Source of the DNA: Mobula hypostoma
Taxonomy: Eukaryota
Length of the DNA: 64,000 nucleotides
Reading direction: 5' to 3'
NCBI RefSeq assembly: GCF_963921235.1
Contig: NC_086108.1
Coordinates: 88,600,001 to 88,664,000 of the forward strand
Below the pieces are notes generated by a model that did no database searches, was not told the origin of the DNA, and saw nothing but the letters and a program-made list of their open reading frames with translations. Every line of letters begins with the position of its first letter. Position 1 is the stretch's first letter. The translations under genes and the position numbers were made by a program. This document shows, piece after piece, positions 11,640 through 26,789 of this stretch.

Positions 11640-14600
11640 ATCAGTCTTATACAATCTTTCCTCATAACTCAGGTCCTCCCATCTCAGCAACATCCTTATA
11701 AATTTTCTCTGCACTCTTCCTACCTTGTTTACTTCTTCCCTGTGGATAGGTGACGAAAACTGCACACAATGCTCCAAATTCGGCCTCAACAACGTCTCAT
11801 ACAACTTCAACGTAACATCCCATCTCCTATACTCAATACTTTGATTTATGAAGGCCAATGTACCAAAAGCTTTCTTTACGACACCATCTACTTTCAATGA
11901 ATTATGTACCTGCGTTCCTAGATCCCTTTGTTCCACAGTATTCCTCAGTGTCCTAACATTCACTGTGTAAGACCTACCCTGGTTGCTCCTACTGAAATGC
12001 AACACCTTGTACTTATCTGCATTAAATTCCATCTGCACTTTTTCCAGCTGATCCAGATCCAGTTGCAAGCTCTGATATTCTTCCACTACACCCCAAATCT
12101 TGGCATCATCCACAAATTTGTCAATCTATTTAACCACATTATCATCCAGATTATTGATTATAGATGACAAACAACATCAGACCCAACACCAATTCCCATG
12201 GAACTCCACTGGTCACAGTGGAGAGGGAACCATCTACTCCCACTCCCTGGCTTCTCCCACAAAGCCAATGTCTAAATCAATTCACTACCTCATCTTGCAT
12301 GCCGAATAACTGAACCTGCTTGACTAACCTTCCATGTGGGATCTTGTCAAATGCCTTACTGAAGTCCATGTAGACAACATCCAATGCCTTGCCTTCATCA
12401 ACTTTCCAGGTAACCTCCTTGACATGACCTACCATGCTCGAAGCCATACCCTAATCAGTCTGTATTTATCCAAATACACAAATATTCTTAAGAGTTCATT
12501 CCAATAACTTTCTCACTGCTGATATCAGGCTCACCAGCCTATAATTTCCTGGTTTATCTTTAGAGCCTTTTTTAAGCAGCAGAACAACATTACTTACTCT
12601 CCAATCCTCTGGTACCTCTTCTGTTGCTAAAGATGATTTAAATATCACTGCTAGAGCCCCTGCAATTTCTGCACTTGCCTCCTGCAGGTTCAAGGGAACA
12701 CCTTGTCAGGCCCTGGCGATTTATCTACCCTAATTTGCCTCCTCCTCTGTAATCTATATAAGGTCCAAGACCTCACCACCACTTTGCCTCACTTCTGTAT
12801 CTGTCTCGCAAGCAAACATAGATGCAAAAAATTGATTTATGATCTCCCTAATCTCTTTTGGCTCCACACATGCATTACCATTCTAATCTTCCAGAGGATC
12901 AATTTTGTTCCTTGTAATCCTTTTGCTCTTAACATGTGTAGAATCCCTTAGGATTCTCCTTCACCTTGGCTGCTCTGGCAATGTCATACCTTCTTTTAGC
13001 CTTCCTGATTGCTTTCTTAAGTATTCTCTTGCATTTCTTATACTCCATAAGTACCTCATTTGGTCCTACTTGCCTATACCTGCCGTGCACCTCTTTCTTT
13101 TCTTAACCGGAACATCAATATCTCTTGAAAACCAACGTTCCCTAAATCTGTTATTTTTACCTTTTAAGCTTTATACTCTCAAAATTTCACCTTTGAAGGC
13201 CTCCCACTTACCAAGTACACCTTTGACAGAGAACAGGCTGTCCCAATTCACACCTGCCAGTTCTTTTTCTGATACCATCAAAACTGGTCTCTTCCTAATT
13301 TTGAATCTTAACCTGCAGACTAGATGTATCTTTTTGCATATTTCCTTTGAAACTAATGGCATTGTAATCACTAAATGCAAAGTGTCTCCCTATGCAAACT
13401 TATGTCACCTGCCCTGTCTCATTCCCTAATAGCAGATCAAGAAGTGCACACTCTTTCACTGGCACTTCTACATAATGATTCAGGGAACTTTGACAAACTC
13501 TGTCTCATCTAGTCCTTTTACAGTATGTCATTATATGGAAAGTCAGAATCACCTACTATAACAACCTGAAGTTTCTTGCAATGGTCTACGATCTCATTAC
13601 AGATTTGCTCCTCTAAATCCCTACGACGGTTGGATGATCTGTAATATAGACCCCTTGACGTGGTCATACCTTTCTTATTTCTCAGTTTCATTCTTAACAC
13701 CTCACTAATCGAGTTCTCTGGTCCGTCCTGATGGAGCACTGCCGCAACATTTTTCCTGACCAGTAATTCCACCCGTCTTCCTTTAATCCCTCCTCTTCTA
13801 TCGACTCCAAAACACTGAACCCTAAAACACTGAACTGTCAGTCTTGCCCCTCCTGCACTCGTCTCACTAATAAGTACAGTATTATAATCCCATGTTGATC
13901 CATGCCCTGAGCCCATCTGCCTTTCCTAAGATATTTCTTGCATTGAAATATACACAGCTCAGGACATTTGCTGCACCATGCTCAATCTTTTGATTCCCAT
14001 CTTTGTCTGAGAGCTCAGCAACATTTGTCTCCACAACCTGTTCTGGCACTCTGGTTCAAATCCCCCTGCAACTCTTGTTTAAACCTACTCCCTCCCTCCC
14101 CCACCCCCACAACCCATGCAGCACTAGCAAACTTTCCCAGTATGATATTAGTCCCCCTCCAGTGCAAGTGCAAACTGTCTCTTCTGTACATCCCACCTTC
14201 CCTGGACAAGAGCACGATGATCCAAAAATTTGATGCCCTCTCTCCTACACCAACTCCTTGGCTATCCCAGATCGAGTCCTCAGCACTCTTAAGTGGGATA
14301 GTGGATAGCCAGAGGTCATGGTCCAAGTAGAAACTGATTATATAGGTAGAAGAGTGACGAGATTCTGCAAAACTATATAAACTTTGCATTTCTGGCCTCA
14401 CTAGCATGTAGCATGGGTAGCAATACTGAGATCATGGCCCTCGAGGTCCTGCCCTTTAACTTAGCACCTAACTTCCTGAACTGACTTTGCAGAGCCTCAT
14501 CACTTTTGCTACCTATGTCATAGACCATGACCTTTTCCACCCTCCCACTTAAGAATGCCGAGGACTCTATCTGAAATACCCCAGACCCCAGCACCTGGCT

Positions 14601-14690
14601 GGCAATATCCAATCCAGGAATCTCGTTCTCATCCATAGAACCTCTTTTCTGTTCCCCCAACAAATCCCTCATCATCCCAGCTTGCCTCTT
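11640..14690 (-). mobile_element. Long decayed CR1 (ORF1 esterase, APE endonuclease, RT)
   Basis: DSLHLHWRGTNI (ORF1); RRGGIKG..YYRS..VGD (endonuclease); PEDWRV..PGNYR..; LEHCVQF. Confidence 0.85.
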
Positions 14691-15625
14691 CTGTGAGCTG
14701 GTGATGGAGGAAAGGAATAATTAGGGTTGAGGGTGGAGGATGGAGTACCAACAAAGCAGGCCACTTTGTTCTGGATAGTGTTGAGCTTCAATCTACTTAA
14801 GAGCTGCAGTGATTTTGGCTTACCAAGAGTATTCCATCACATTTATGGCTCATGCCTCCAAGGTGATGAAAAGGCTTTGGGTGATTTAGAAGGTAAGTCA
14901 TTGTTGCAGGAGACTGCTCTCATATTTATCTGATTAGTCCAGTTGAAATGCTGCTCAATGGAGACTGCTAGGATGTTGATGGCATGTGCTTCAAGATCCC
15001 AGTAATCCTCCAAACATCTCAACATCACGTCATTACACCGGGAAAATAGTCTTGTACTGAGTACATAATCAGTCACACAAGACAAGATAGGGGTGGAAGG
15101 GTGTGGATAAGAGGGAAGGACGATGAAGATGTCTGCATCTTTATGGCACATCAATGATGCAGATGGTTTGCTCGTTCTGCTCCATTTGATCACGATGTCT
15201 CACATGATGATGCTCATCGCAGCTGCTATGTGAGGTGTTACAAAGTGAGTGAAAAAAAAACAATATGGTAATAATATCTCTTCCACAAACCTCTCTAATC
15301 TCACTTTCTGTCTTTGCTTGTTTTACTGATTATAAGCCAAGTCCATTTTGTCTTCTTAAATTGATTTAAACTTCAAAGCTTGATTCATGACCCTCTCTAA
15401 TCTCCCTCGGAAACCTGGTATCAAATTTAACATCTTAATCTCTATTTAGGCAATATTCTCCATTGTGAGATGCTAACAAATTCTTGAGTGATGCATTACT
15501 AAATCCAGCAGAGCTGGTACAGATCTAGGTTATTTTTATGTGCAGACTTTTGACATGAAGTATATTTGCATAGCAGTGTTACCTTTACATGTTGATGTAT
15601 TTTTTGCTCTGTTAACAATACTCAC

Positions 15626-15759
15626 CTAGACATTCGGTCCCAAGTTATATCCATGATAACTGAGTAAGCTCCTATGAGGATTGCATCAAAGTAGCATGGA
15701 ATAAGGTAACGGGGAAGGACTTTGAGGTAAGAAAACATTGCTTCAAACCATTTACCAAC
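15626..15759 (-). CDS. AGL: AGL exon (functional copy)
   Basis: AG..GT, 134 nt; VGKWFEAMFSYLKVLPRYLIPCYFDAILIGAYSVIMDITWDRMS. Confidence 0.96.
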
Positions 15760-15854
15760 CTGGTAGAAAAGAGAACATTGAGATAATAGATTTCCAGCAA
15801 GTACAGTTAGAAGTTAACCAATTTGCGGGGTTTCAAATTAGATATTAATATCAT

Positions 15855-16160
15855 TCATAAGGAATAGGAGCAGAATTAGGCCATTTGTCCCATCGAACCT
15901 GCTATGACATTCCATCATGGCTGATATATTATCCTGCTCAACCTCATTCTCTTGCCTTCTCCCCGTATCTTTTGATGCCCTTGAACCTCCACTTGAAAAA
16001 CACCCAATCACCTGCCCTCCATAGCCATCTATAAATAAATTCCACGGATTCAGCACCCTCAGGCTAAATCAATTCCTTCTCATCCCTGTTCTAAAGGGAC
16101 AACTTTCCAATCTGAGGCTGCGTCTCAATTCTCTTGATGGGATGAATGACCCAGTTCCAC
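15855..16160 (-). mobile_element. CR1 3' end
   Basis: Reverse complement of the same 3' UTR as 4780-4926. Confidence 0.7.
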
Positions 16161-17349
16161 TCTCATGTCTTATGGACTTAAATCCTGCATCAGGACCCTG
16201 CAGCAGAGGGATGTAATATATCCCACTATCAGATTGTTAACACATTCTGATCTGTTGTGCATTATTAAATCCAGTACAGTTATTTCAGACAATTACCTAG
16301 GTTAGTTTTACATGCACTCTTGACATAAAGCACTGGAATACCCCTGTACCAGCATTATCCTTATCCACTGACATATTGTTTCTTCTACAGCATTGTAGGA
16401 AATAGTGAAATGGCTTTGTAACACTGCAGTAAAGAACAGGAGAATGTCACGCTGCAGAGAGATATATGGATACTCTAGAGCAGCCTTTCTCTGGAGGAAC
16501 CCTTGAAATAATTTTCAGGTCTCAGGGAACCCCTGCGTAAAAAAAATGTTATATCTTCAGCTCGCAGTATGATCACAGTGTGATCAGTACGTTGTATATA
16601 TAACAATGAAAAAATAATTGACAATGCTCTTTTGAGTAGGGAATGAATTTTTAGTCAACCTTTCTTGAAAAAAATAGGTAGCTAAGCTTAGCTTACTTTT
16701 CTTGAAATTAATCTTTCTTTCCCTTTCATAAATTTTAAAAACTCATAAGACAAATATAACAAGCACACATGGATTTCGCCTGCAATTGAAGTGAGACAAT
16801 TTCTATCTTTGCTCGATGCTTGTTAAACAAGAAAAAGCTTGCTCACACATATAGGAAATTGAAAATTGCAGTATAGTGTTTGTTGCTTTCGTATGAATGG
16901 CAGAATACTCCTCTTTCATAGAAATCTAGAACATGGCCAGGGGCAGGTCAGTAAATCTCATCTTGAGTGCACAATTAGAATGCACCTCACAAAGTTCTTC
17001 CTCTTCTTTCTAATTCAAGTTCTCAGGCTGAGCAGAAGATTCAGGGATAGGGTCCCTCACCCAGTCATACACTTGCATTGACAGGAAGGAAAAATATTGT
17101 TCAATTTTGTTCTGCAGTTCTTCTAGGTGGTTTTCAATATGACTCGAGACTTTCTGATATCCTTACTTACTCTCAAGCCCAACCAGCAGATTTCCTTTTG
17201 CAACATGATTTTTCCCAAAGATTCAGTTTCCTTTTAAATCCAAGAATCTTGTCACTTGAGTCAAAACATTTTCTCTAGGGTCTTGCAGAAACTTGTTCAA
17301 CTGGTTCATATGATGAAAAATGTGTTAAGTAGACAATTCTTCATCTTCA

Positions 17350-17484
<135 letters not shown>

Positions 17485-17746
17485 TTATTTTAAATCATTC
17501 TCCAGTGATCTGGTCTTTCTTTAATAAAGTTAACTACTTTTGAGGCATCATCTAGGACTTTTCTCATTACAGCTCCAAGAGTTTTTGACATCAGCACCTC
17601 TCTGTGAAGAAAGCAGTGTGTTGTGACAATGTCGGATTTTCTCCTTTTTTTAAAACATGAGAAATGAAACCTCATGGAACCAACCACTGATGGGAGACCA
17701 TCAGTACAGAGGCCAACACAGTTCCTTCAAGACAGACTTTTTGTTT

Positions 17747-19361
17747 TGTAATGGGATCCTGGATTACCTCTATTAACTGTGCTTTCGAAAAGACAGAGAG
17801 CGTTATTTAACACCGACAACTTGTTTGTAAGAGAGAGAGATGGAGAGATAGAGAGAGAGACAGACAGACACACACACGCATGGATGAAGATTAACTGTTG
17901 GCCTGTCACTTTAAGAACTGGTTAACTTTTGGATTTCTGCTGAGTTGGAGAGAGATGGCACCGAGCAGCTCAAAAGTTGCTATGGTGACGGAAGACAGGT
18001 TGTTGATACTTCAAGGACTTTTTGCCTGTTTGTGCATTTCTTCACAGAGAGGAAGGAGGGATTATTTGAATGACAGTTGATGCTCAGCATGGGAAGATAA
18101 AATAGGAGGTCAGATGGTAGACCTCAGACACATGTTCTGGACATTGAATGAGCATTGTTGTGCCCACAGAAAAAGGGGGTTTTGGAGGATCGATCAGGCG
18201 GATCGATCCATCGCTCTTGCAGTGGAAAGAGGAAAAGGTTTGACTGGTGGCGAGTTGTCCATGTGTCCACCCTTGCCTGGGGGATAGCTCCACCACAGAA
18301 AACCGGTCCTCTTTGTTAAAGTCACAGTTGGTGACTCTTAAAAGATTTCGAAGGACAACAGAAAGATCGACGGCGTCAGCTCACCTGAAGACTCAAATTT
18401 CTCCCTCTCTCTCTCTATCACTACTCAACTCAATACCACAAACCGAACTGAACTTTACTCATCATTGTAAGACTGTATCTTTTTACCCCTAGGCTTAAAG
18501 AAGCTTGGTTTTTCATACATATATTTCCACACTTACTGATATATATAATCATTGCTAACCTGTTTGATTTATCTACATTTATATTACTGTATTGGGTTGT
18601 TACTAATAAATATTATTAGTTTATAGCAATACTGGACTCCAAAGTGTTTTCCTTTTTCTTTTTAAATCTTTTTATTGAGTAAGTATACAAAAAAGGTAAG
18701 CCATATAAACATTAATACAATGTTAAAGTATAATAAAATTCCAAAAGATAACAATACCAAAAAGAAAATACTACAAACAATGTAATTTAAGCATAAGAAA
18801 CCAAGATAACATAATAGTATACTAGATTTTATATATATCAATGGAAAAAAAGAAAAAAAAAACCCCAAAAAAAAACCCACCGTGCAACTAACTAAAAGCA
18901 AAGCAAAGCAATGGGCTAACTTGAAACCAAACAGAGTTAAACTTAAAATCACGTCCTCAATCCCGACCTCCATTAAAACAGTGAAGAGAAAACAAGAAGG
19001 GTAAATATTACATTAAATGAAAATATCGAATAAAAGGTCCCCAAATCTGTTCAAATTTAAATGAAGAATCATAAAGGTTACTTCTAATTTTCTCCAGATT
19101 CAAACATAAAATCGTCTGAGAAAACCAAAAAAAGGTAGTTGGAGCATTAAGCTCTTTCCAATGTTGTAAAATACATCTTTTCGCCATTAAAGTAAGAAAT
19201 GCAATCATTCTACGGGCTGAAGGGGAAAGATTACTAGAAATTTTAGGTAGTCCAAAGATAGCAGTAATAGGGTGAGGAGAGATATCTATATTTAATACCT
19301 TAGAAATATAAAGTGTTTTCCATCTCTGCTGGTTCTTTATTCTGGTCCCGGGTCCCTCACA
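17747..19361 (+). repeat. 5' LTR (interrupted by an L1 fragment)
   Basis: Starts TGTAATGGGATCC, ends CTCACA; colinear with 23456-24545. Confidence 0.9.
18653..19309 (-). mobile_element. 5'-truncated L1 LINE inserted in the 5' LTR
   Basis: 12-bp TSD AAAGTGTTTTCC (18641-18652, 19310-19321); minus-strand AATAAA and A-rich tail; ORF2 C-terminus AKRCILQHWK..LEKIR..KFEQIWGPF. Confidence 0.88.
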
Positions 19362-19365
19362 AAAT

Positions 19366-19384
19366 TGGGGCCTGCGTCCGCGAT
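19366..19384 (+). promoter_or_regulatory. Primer binding site, tRNA-Pro-like
   Basis: TGGGGCCTGCGTCCGCGAT just after the 5' LTR, versus canonical Pro PBS TGGGGGCTCGTCCGGGAT. Confidence 0.7.
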
Positions 19385-22300
19385 ATGAACAAATTGGTCA
19401 GGAGGCTGCTTTGAATTGATTGGGGAAAATCCATTTTGATTTGGTTATGTGGAAATACAGCAAAAATGGATGTTAGTGTTGAGGAGTTTATGTTGGAACC
19501 AACCCCGGAAGAGTTGGATGATGTTACGAGGGCTGTGCTGTTGGGAATTGCTCAGAAGTTAAAACTAAAGGTGACCACAAGAATGAGGAGAGCTCAAGTG
19601 CACACGATAATAGCCCAGCATTATATAGATAAGGGAACGTTTGATGAGGAGGTGTTGAAAAGGTTCGTGGAAGGTAAACTTATTGAGAATGAGCTTCAGC
19701 TTCAGTTGGAAAAATTAAGAATGGAGTATGAATTGAAATTAAAACAGTTCAAGAGAGAGGCTAGAGAGGCAGCAAAACAGAGAGCAGAGGCAGCAGAACG
19801 GAGCGACGAGGCAGCAAAACAGAGACAAGTGGCAGCAAGACAGAGACAATAGGCAGAAAAATGGAAAGAAGAGGCAGAAAAACGGAGAGTTTGAAAGGGA
19901 GAAATGGCAACGTGAAGATCACGTGGCAGACTAGCAGAGGCTGTTCAAGCTGGAAAAGATAGAGATGTAGCAGCAAAGAGGTTTAGTGTCAGACCCTGGT
20001 GATTTTTGCAGCTTAGAAGGGCTTGTTTTGTGTGGTGAATTTAAAAGGTGTGTTCCTGATGAGGTAAGGGCATACCCAGATGCAGAGGATGCCGCTACCC
20101 TGAAGGGGTTTGATAAGAAAGCAGACGAAGAAGTTTTAACCCACGGGGTTGAGTTTACTCCAGATGAGAGTTTGCCAGAGAAAAGCTGGGAGGTTTGGGG
20201 TGACCTTGAATTTGAAATTGGGACAAAGGATGACAACCCAGAAGAGGCAGCTGTTCCGACTGAATGTGTTCAGGTTATGGAAGTACCTGTGAATTCACAG
20301 AGTTCTGAACCTTATGTTAAAGCTCAGTTAAAGTCTGAAGTGTCTGACTTGGTTGAAAAGGAATGCAGTCTTTGTGTGTCAGATGATCTTGGTTCAGTGA
20401 ATAAGGGGTTAACTTTGGTACTAGTGGAATGTGAGGATTCTCAGTCACTTGTATTAAGTAGTGTTTTAAAGGTTGGTGAAGAAGTGGAAATTGATGAGGT
20501 CAGTGTTGCTGAAAATAATGGGAAAAGTGCTGTTCCTGGACTTTTGGATAAAGTGCTGGGAAAGGTTGGATTGGTTGTGCAACCTTTGACCCTGCTTGCA
20601 GACAGAGGCCTGCTGAGAAGGGATGTGCTCGTCTGTGGAATTTTGTTTGGACATTTGGAAGTAAGCACCTGCAAGGTCATGCTGTTATTCAGTGTAATGT
20701 TCTGCAGGTAAGTCAGAGAAAGTTGATAAAGAGATTGTTTGGCCTCTTTCATAATGCATACATGATTCTCATCAGCCTGCTGATGGTACTGAGTTTTGTA
20801 AACAATGGGGGTATGTTGACACCTCTCCAAGATAAGAGTGTTTCAGCAATTCAGCTGATGAACAAAGCTGCTGTTGAGGCCTACAATAGCAAAACCAGAG
20901 GTTTAAATTATGATGTGTCACAGACTTTTCTACCTTCTAAATTTCAGCAGGACTTAGAGGGTAGTAAAGCTGAGAGGAAGAAGGAGGAAAGGAAAGGTTT
21001 GTCTTTATTGAGGAAGGAATTTATAGAGGAACAGAAGTGAGATTCTGAAATGTTGGCTTTAAAGGAGATGGCTCTCACAGGAGAAGAGGTTCAGAGAGAG
21101 TCAGCGGGATATTACCTTAAAGATGGGTGCTGATGAGGAAGTGGAGATCAGCTACAGTGCCTGCAAGTCACGTGATGGTTCTGAAAGTTTACAGGGCTGA
21201 AATTTTAAACATGGCTTACAGTATGCCTTTAGGTAGACCTCATGGAGTGAGAAAGACAGTGAACAGGATTAAGAAGAAATTTTACTGGCCTAGTTTAAGG
21301 AGGGACGTTGTGAATTTTTACAGGATCTGCCATACCTGTCAAGTTGAGGGGATATTTAATCAGGTTATTCAAGTCACCCTGCTTAAACAGATACCTGCTT
21401 TTGGTAAATCTTTCCCTAGGGTCATAGTGGATTGCGTAGGCCCACTGCAAAAGACTGCAGTTGGTTATCAGTATGTGCTGTGTCTAGGTCCCCTGAAGCA
21501 GTGTCTTTTGAAAACACCGAGGCCAAGACTGTCGTAACAGCATTCAGTAAGTTTTACACACTGGTAGGTCTACCCAAAGAAATTCAATTTGACCAGGGCA
21601 GTAACTTTACTTCGGGAACATTCTAGAGGGTAGTTAGAGAATTAGTAGCTAAGCACATGGTGTCATCTACATATCACACAGAGTCCAAGGGAGGCTTGGA
21701 ATGGTTCAACTCAACTCTTAAGACCATGATTAAAGCACATTGTGTGAGAAATGGAAAAAATTGGGATGAGGGGGTTCCCCTCCTCTTATTTATTGTTGGA
21801 GATTCGATTCAGAAGGCAGTGAAGGGTAGTTTGTTGGAAACTGTATTCAGCTACAGGCCAAAAGGATCTTTGACCCTACTGAGAATTCTGGAAGGGATTT
21901 AGTAAGCTTTGTGTCCTTGCAAAGGAAAGCTTACAAGATGGTCGAATCAAACTAAGACACTTGTTTGCTAGAATAGCAGCTGGGAGAATTGTTATGGAAC
22001 AAAATGGAGTCGTGGAATCTGATAATGAAGTGGAAAAACATGTTTACCCATTAAATCCAGACTCACCCAGATGTCAGAATTCCATTGTTTTGGAAAATAT
22101 TACTGATAAAGTCTATCAGTTGGACCCAAAATCGCAAAAACAAGTTAAAGGACTAATTGGCATTTTGAATTGGCAGTGCATCACGTCATTATAGATTCAG
22201 CCCAGCCTATGAAACGGCATCTTCACAGAGTCAATTTTGAGGAAAGTAAAAGGGTTGAAGAAGGAATTAGAAACAAGAAAGAACAAGGAAGGAGAATGGA

Positions 22301-23443
22301 TGATTGTATTGGTAGAGTGGGGAAAGCTAAAAACCTTATTAAGATTAACTTGTTAAAAGAATACTGGGGTGTTCCTTTAACAGAGAGGACTAAGGAGATA
22401 TCAGCATTTGGGATACCGTCTCGACTGTATGAATACAATGTTTTACACTTCGGGATGAAAAATGCACCAGGGACATTTCAAAGAATGATCAATTCTGTGA
22501 CTGGAGGGTTAGAAAGCACAGGGGTTTATATCAATGATTTAGTGATCTGGAATGACACGTGGGAAGAGCTTATTGCAGCGGTAGAAAAACTGTTTCACAG
22601 ACTTTCCAAGGCCAATCTTACTGTGAACCTCGCTAAAAGTGAGTTTGGCCATGCCACAGTTACATATCTGGGTTATGTGGTAGGCCAGGGCCAAATGACT
22701 CTTGTACAGGCCAAGGTTCAAGCTATTGCTGAAGTTCCTGTTTTGATGGGCAAGGAAGCTTCAAGAAGGTTTTTGGGAATGGTTAGGTATTACTATAAGT
22801 TATGTAAGAACTTTGCTGACATCGCTCTCCCCGTAACAAAACTCCCGGGGAAGAGTGAAAGATTTGTATGGAGTGACCTTTGCCAGGAGGCATTTGAATG
22901 CCTGAAAACCATCCTATGTTATCATCCTGTGCTCAAAGCACCTGATTTTTCAAAACCATTCTCAATAGCAACAGACGCTAGTGACGAAGCTGCTGGGGCA
23001 GTACTGTTACAGAAGGGTGTGGATGCCATTGAACACCCAGTGGCTTATTTCTCAAAGAAATTTAATGTGCACCAGAAAAATTATTCAACTGTTGAAAAGG
23101 AGTTGTAGCACCTATTCTGGCCTTACAACATTTTGAGGTTTATATTTGTCCTGCTCAAAGACCCCTTGTGATTTACGCAGATCATAACTGTTGGTGTTTT
23201 TAACTAAAATGAAGGTAAAGAATAGAAGGTTGTTAAATTGGAGTCTGATATTGCAAGAATGTGACTTAACAATCAAACATGTGAAAGGTACTGACAATAT
23301 TATAGCTGATTGCTTATCCACATGTTAAGTTGGAAACTGTATACATTTTCACTGTCATCTGATGATTTTTACCTGTATTGTTTCAAACTCTGTTATTTAC
23401 ATTTAGACAAAAAAAAAATCGGCTTTGTCAATTTTTTTTCTCT

Positions 23444-23455
23444 GAGGAAGGGGAG
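23444..23455 (+). promoter_or_regulatory. Polypurine tract
   Basis: GAGGAAGGGGAG immediately before the 3' LTR. Confidence 0.85.
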
Positions 23456-24545
<1,090 letters not shown>

Positions 24546-25885
24546 ATTTCCAGTTATGAAAACAAAACATTAAATATACCTTGGCCTTTGCTCGTTTCAG
24601 GCAGCTCTTTGCAGAAGAAAAAACCTTTCTTGAATTTCACCATCATTTACAAATCTTACAATATGACATTTATTGGTGAGATCTGTTGACTCATCAACCT
24701 GGATAGAGACACTATTATTTTTCAGTTTATCACACAAAACCTTTTCAGCATCATGCGATAGATAGGTCATCAAGATGTTGACTTTATGTACTATTTGAGA
24801 GTGAAACCTTTTCCAATTTCTCGGTACTGCATCTTGTCCTAGCATTTTATCCACTATAATTTTACATACTGGCATTATTAGGTTCTCACCAACTTGTGAC
24901 TTTTCCAAGTAATAAGTTCTGCTGAGTCACGGCACATAGAAATTCTTTAGAATGAAAATTTCCCTCCCATTTTCTACTACACCGGTAGAGTTTGTTCATT
25001 CCCATAAGTCAGTCAGCAGTGCTCAAGGGGAAGTTGCAGATAGTAACTCAGGAGGGAGAGGCTGACGTTACAGCCCAAGTTGGGCGAGTCCATTGAATGC
25101 CTGGAAAATGACTTCATGCTCCTCACTAGCCTACTGTCCTCCCATCCGTGCAATACAGCGCTCAACGATTATCAACGACCTCCCCTATCTCACGCCAAAA
25201 ACTGAGAATGGACTCAACCAAACACACATGGTCGTACTGTACACTCCCATATTGATCTGAGAGACCCCCAACGAGATGGTGAATGGGACTGCTCAGTCAC
25301 TGCCCAGCACTGTGAGCACTGGCATCACACAAAGTTCAAAAAAGGTGTTTATTTTTTTTTAAAGTACAATCTCTCGCAGAACTTTTAGCGACCTCTCGCT
25401 AGTAACCCCAGTTGAGAAATGATGCTCTAGAGGGTTGGTACCTGCCGTAGAAAATCTGGAACTGGTTCAAGTAAACCCAAACTGCAGCTAAAGTGAACCA
25501 TCATAAACTCATAGCTGTTTACCAGCCTAATAACAATCCCATAAACTCCAGCATGGAATTTTCCCATTGTACATACAAAGTAAAGATAGAACTGCACATA
25601 GCTAATGTAGCATACAAGGCTCTCTTAATATATAGGCACTGAAGTCTCTGCAAAAGGCTGACTTCATTCTACATATACACAGCATATGCAGGATAGAGAC
25701 AATGGGACTGTGGAGGGAATGCTGATACAAAATAGTATAAGAATAATGGAATCTTTGGATCGGGGTGTTTTCATTCCTGGACAAGTGACTCACCGTTGAT
25801 GTCAGTATGTAATAAAGAGGAAGCCCTGAAGGAAAAGGATTCCGTGTGAATTCCACCCATCTACAATTGTTAGCACAATACTCAC

Positions 25886-26010
25886 CCTGACATTCAGCTC
25901 CCGGGTTATGTCCAGTAAGCGCCCATGAGGATTGCATCACAGTACAATGGAATAATGTAACTGGGAGGGTCTTTCAGGTATGATAACATTGCTTCAAACT
26001 ATTTACCAAC
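25886..26010 (-). pseudogene. AGL: Degenerate duplicate of the AGL exon at 15626-15759
   Basis: Aligns end to end with that exon; TGG>TAG at codon 4, 10-nt deletion, 1-nt insertion; same donor GTGAGTATTG; native acceptor absent. Confidence 0.92.
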
Positions 26011-26200
26011 TACTGTACCAGACTCCAGGAGAGCTTCTATTCCACTGTTATAAGATTATTGCCCTGACCGCTACACAATAAGATGGACTCTTGACCTCAC
26101 AGTCTACCTTATCATGGCCTTGCACCCTATCATCTGCCTGCACTACACTTTCACTATAGCACTAAATTCTGCATTGTTACTATTTTCTCTTGTACTTGTC
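26011..26200 (+). mobile_element. Rex1-like 3' fragment abutting the pseudo-exon
   Basis: ACCAGACTCCAGGAGAGCTTCTATTCCACTGTTATAAGA resembles 50508-50550. Confidence 0.55.
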
Positions 26201-26789
26201 AATGAACTAATTAGAATTGAAAATACACGTGGACTAAGATGTTAACTGTCCTGTGCTATCACCAGTGGGTTCATCAGTTGATCTGTCACCTGTCTTCAGG
26301 AGTTTCGGCCCACTTATGATCAAGACTCCCTCAAGGTGGTGGGCCAGCAGTGCTAAAGCACCACCTCCCAGTGGTGAGATTAAAACTTGGCATCTGCCTC
26401 TATTAGAGTTGTTCGTCACTTCCATCCAACACATAGTCTGCTCCTCAGGTGTCTGTGCAACTACTGATGGGTTTGCAAAAGGTGTATACACTGTCTGATT
26501 ATCTGCCCCTCCAACTATATGGATGGCATGCAAAACAAAGGTTTTTACTGGACCCAAGTACATGTGACAATAATAAACCAATTTAACGATTTCATTTACT
26601 AATTTAATGCAGGGGATTAAAGTACATCATTCAATAAACCATCATCTGTTTAAAACAAAAAAGGACTACTTTTTACTGAAACTATAATTTTTTGACAACA
26701 TTTGGAATTCCATTTGTTCAAAGAAAAAAATAATGCAATTGCAAGATATTGCACAGTTAATTAAATATTTTTAAAATGAACTATTATCA

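Noticed and set aside
18662..18973. Hydrophobic 103-aa ORF as a membrane or env protein
   Set aside because: It is the T-rich 3' UTR of the L1 fragment.
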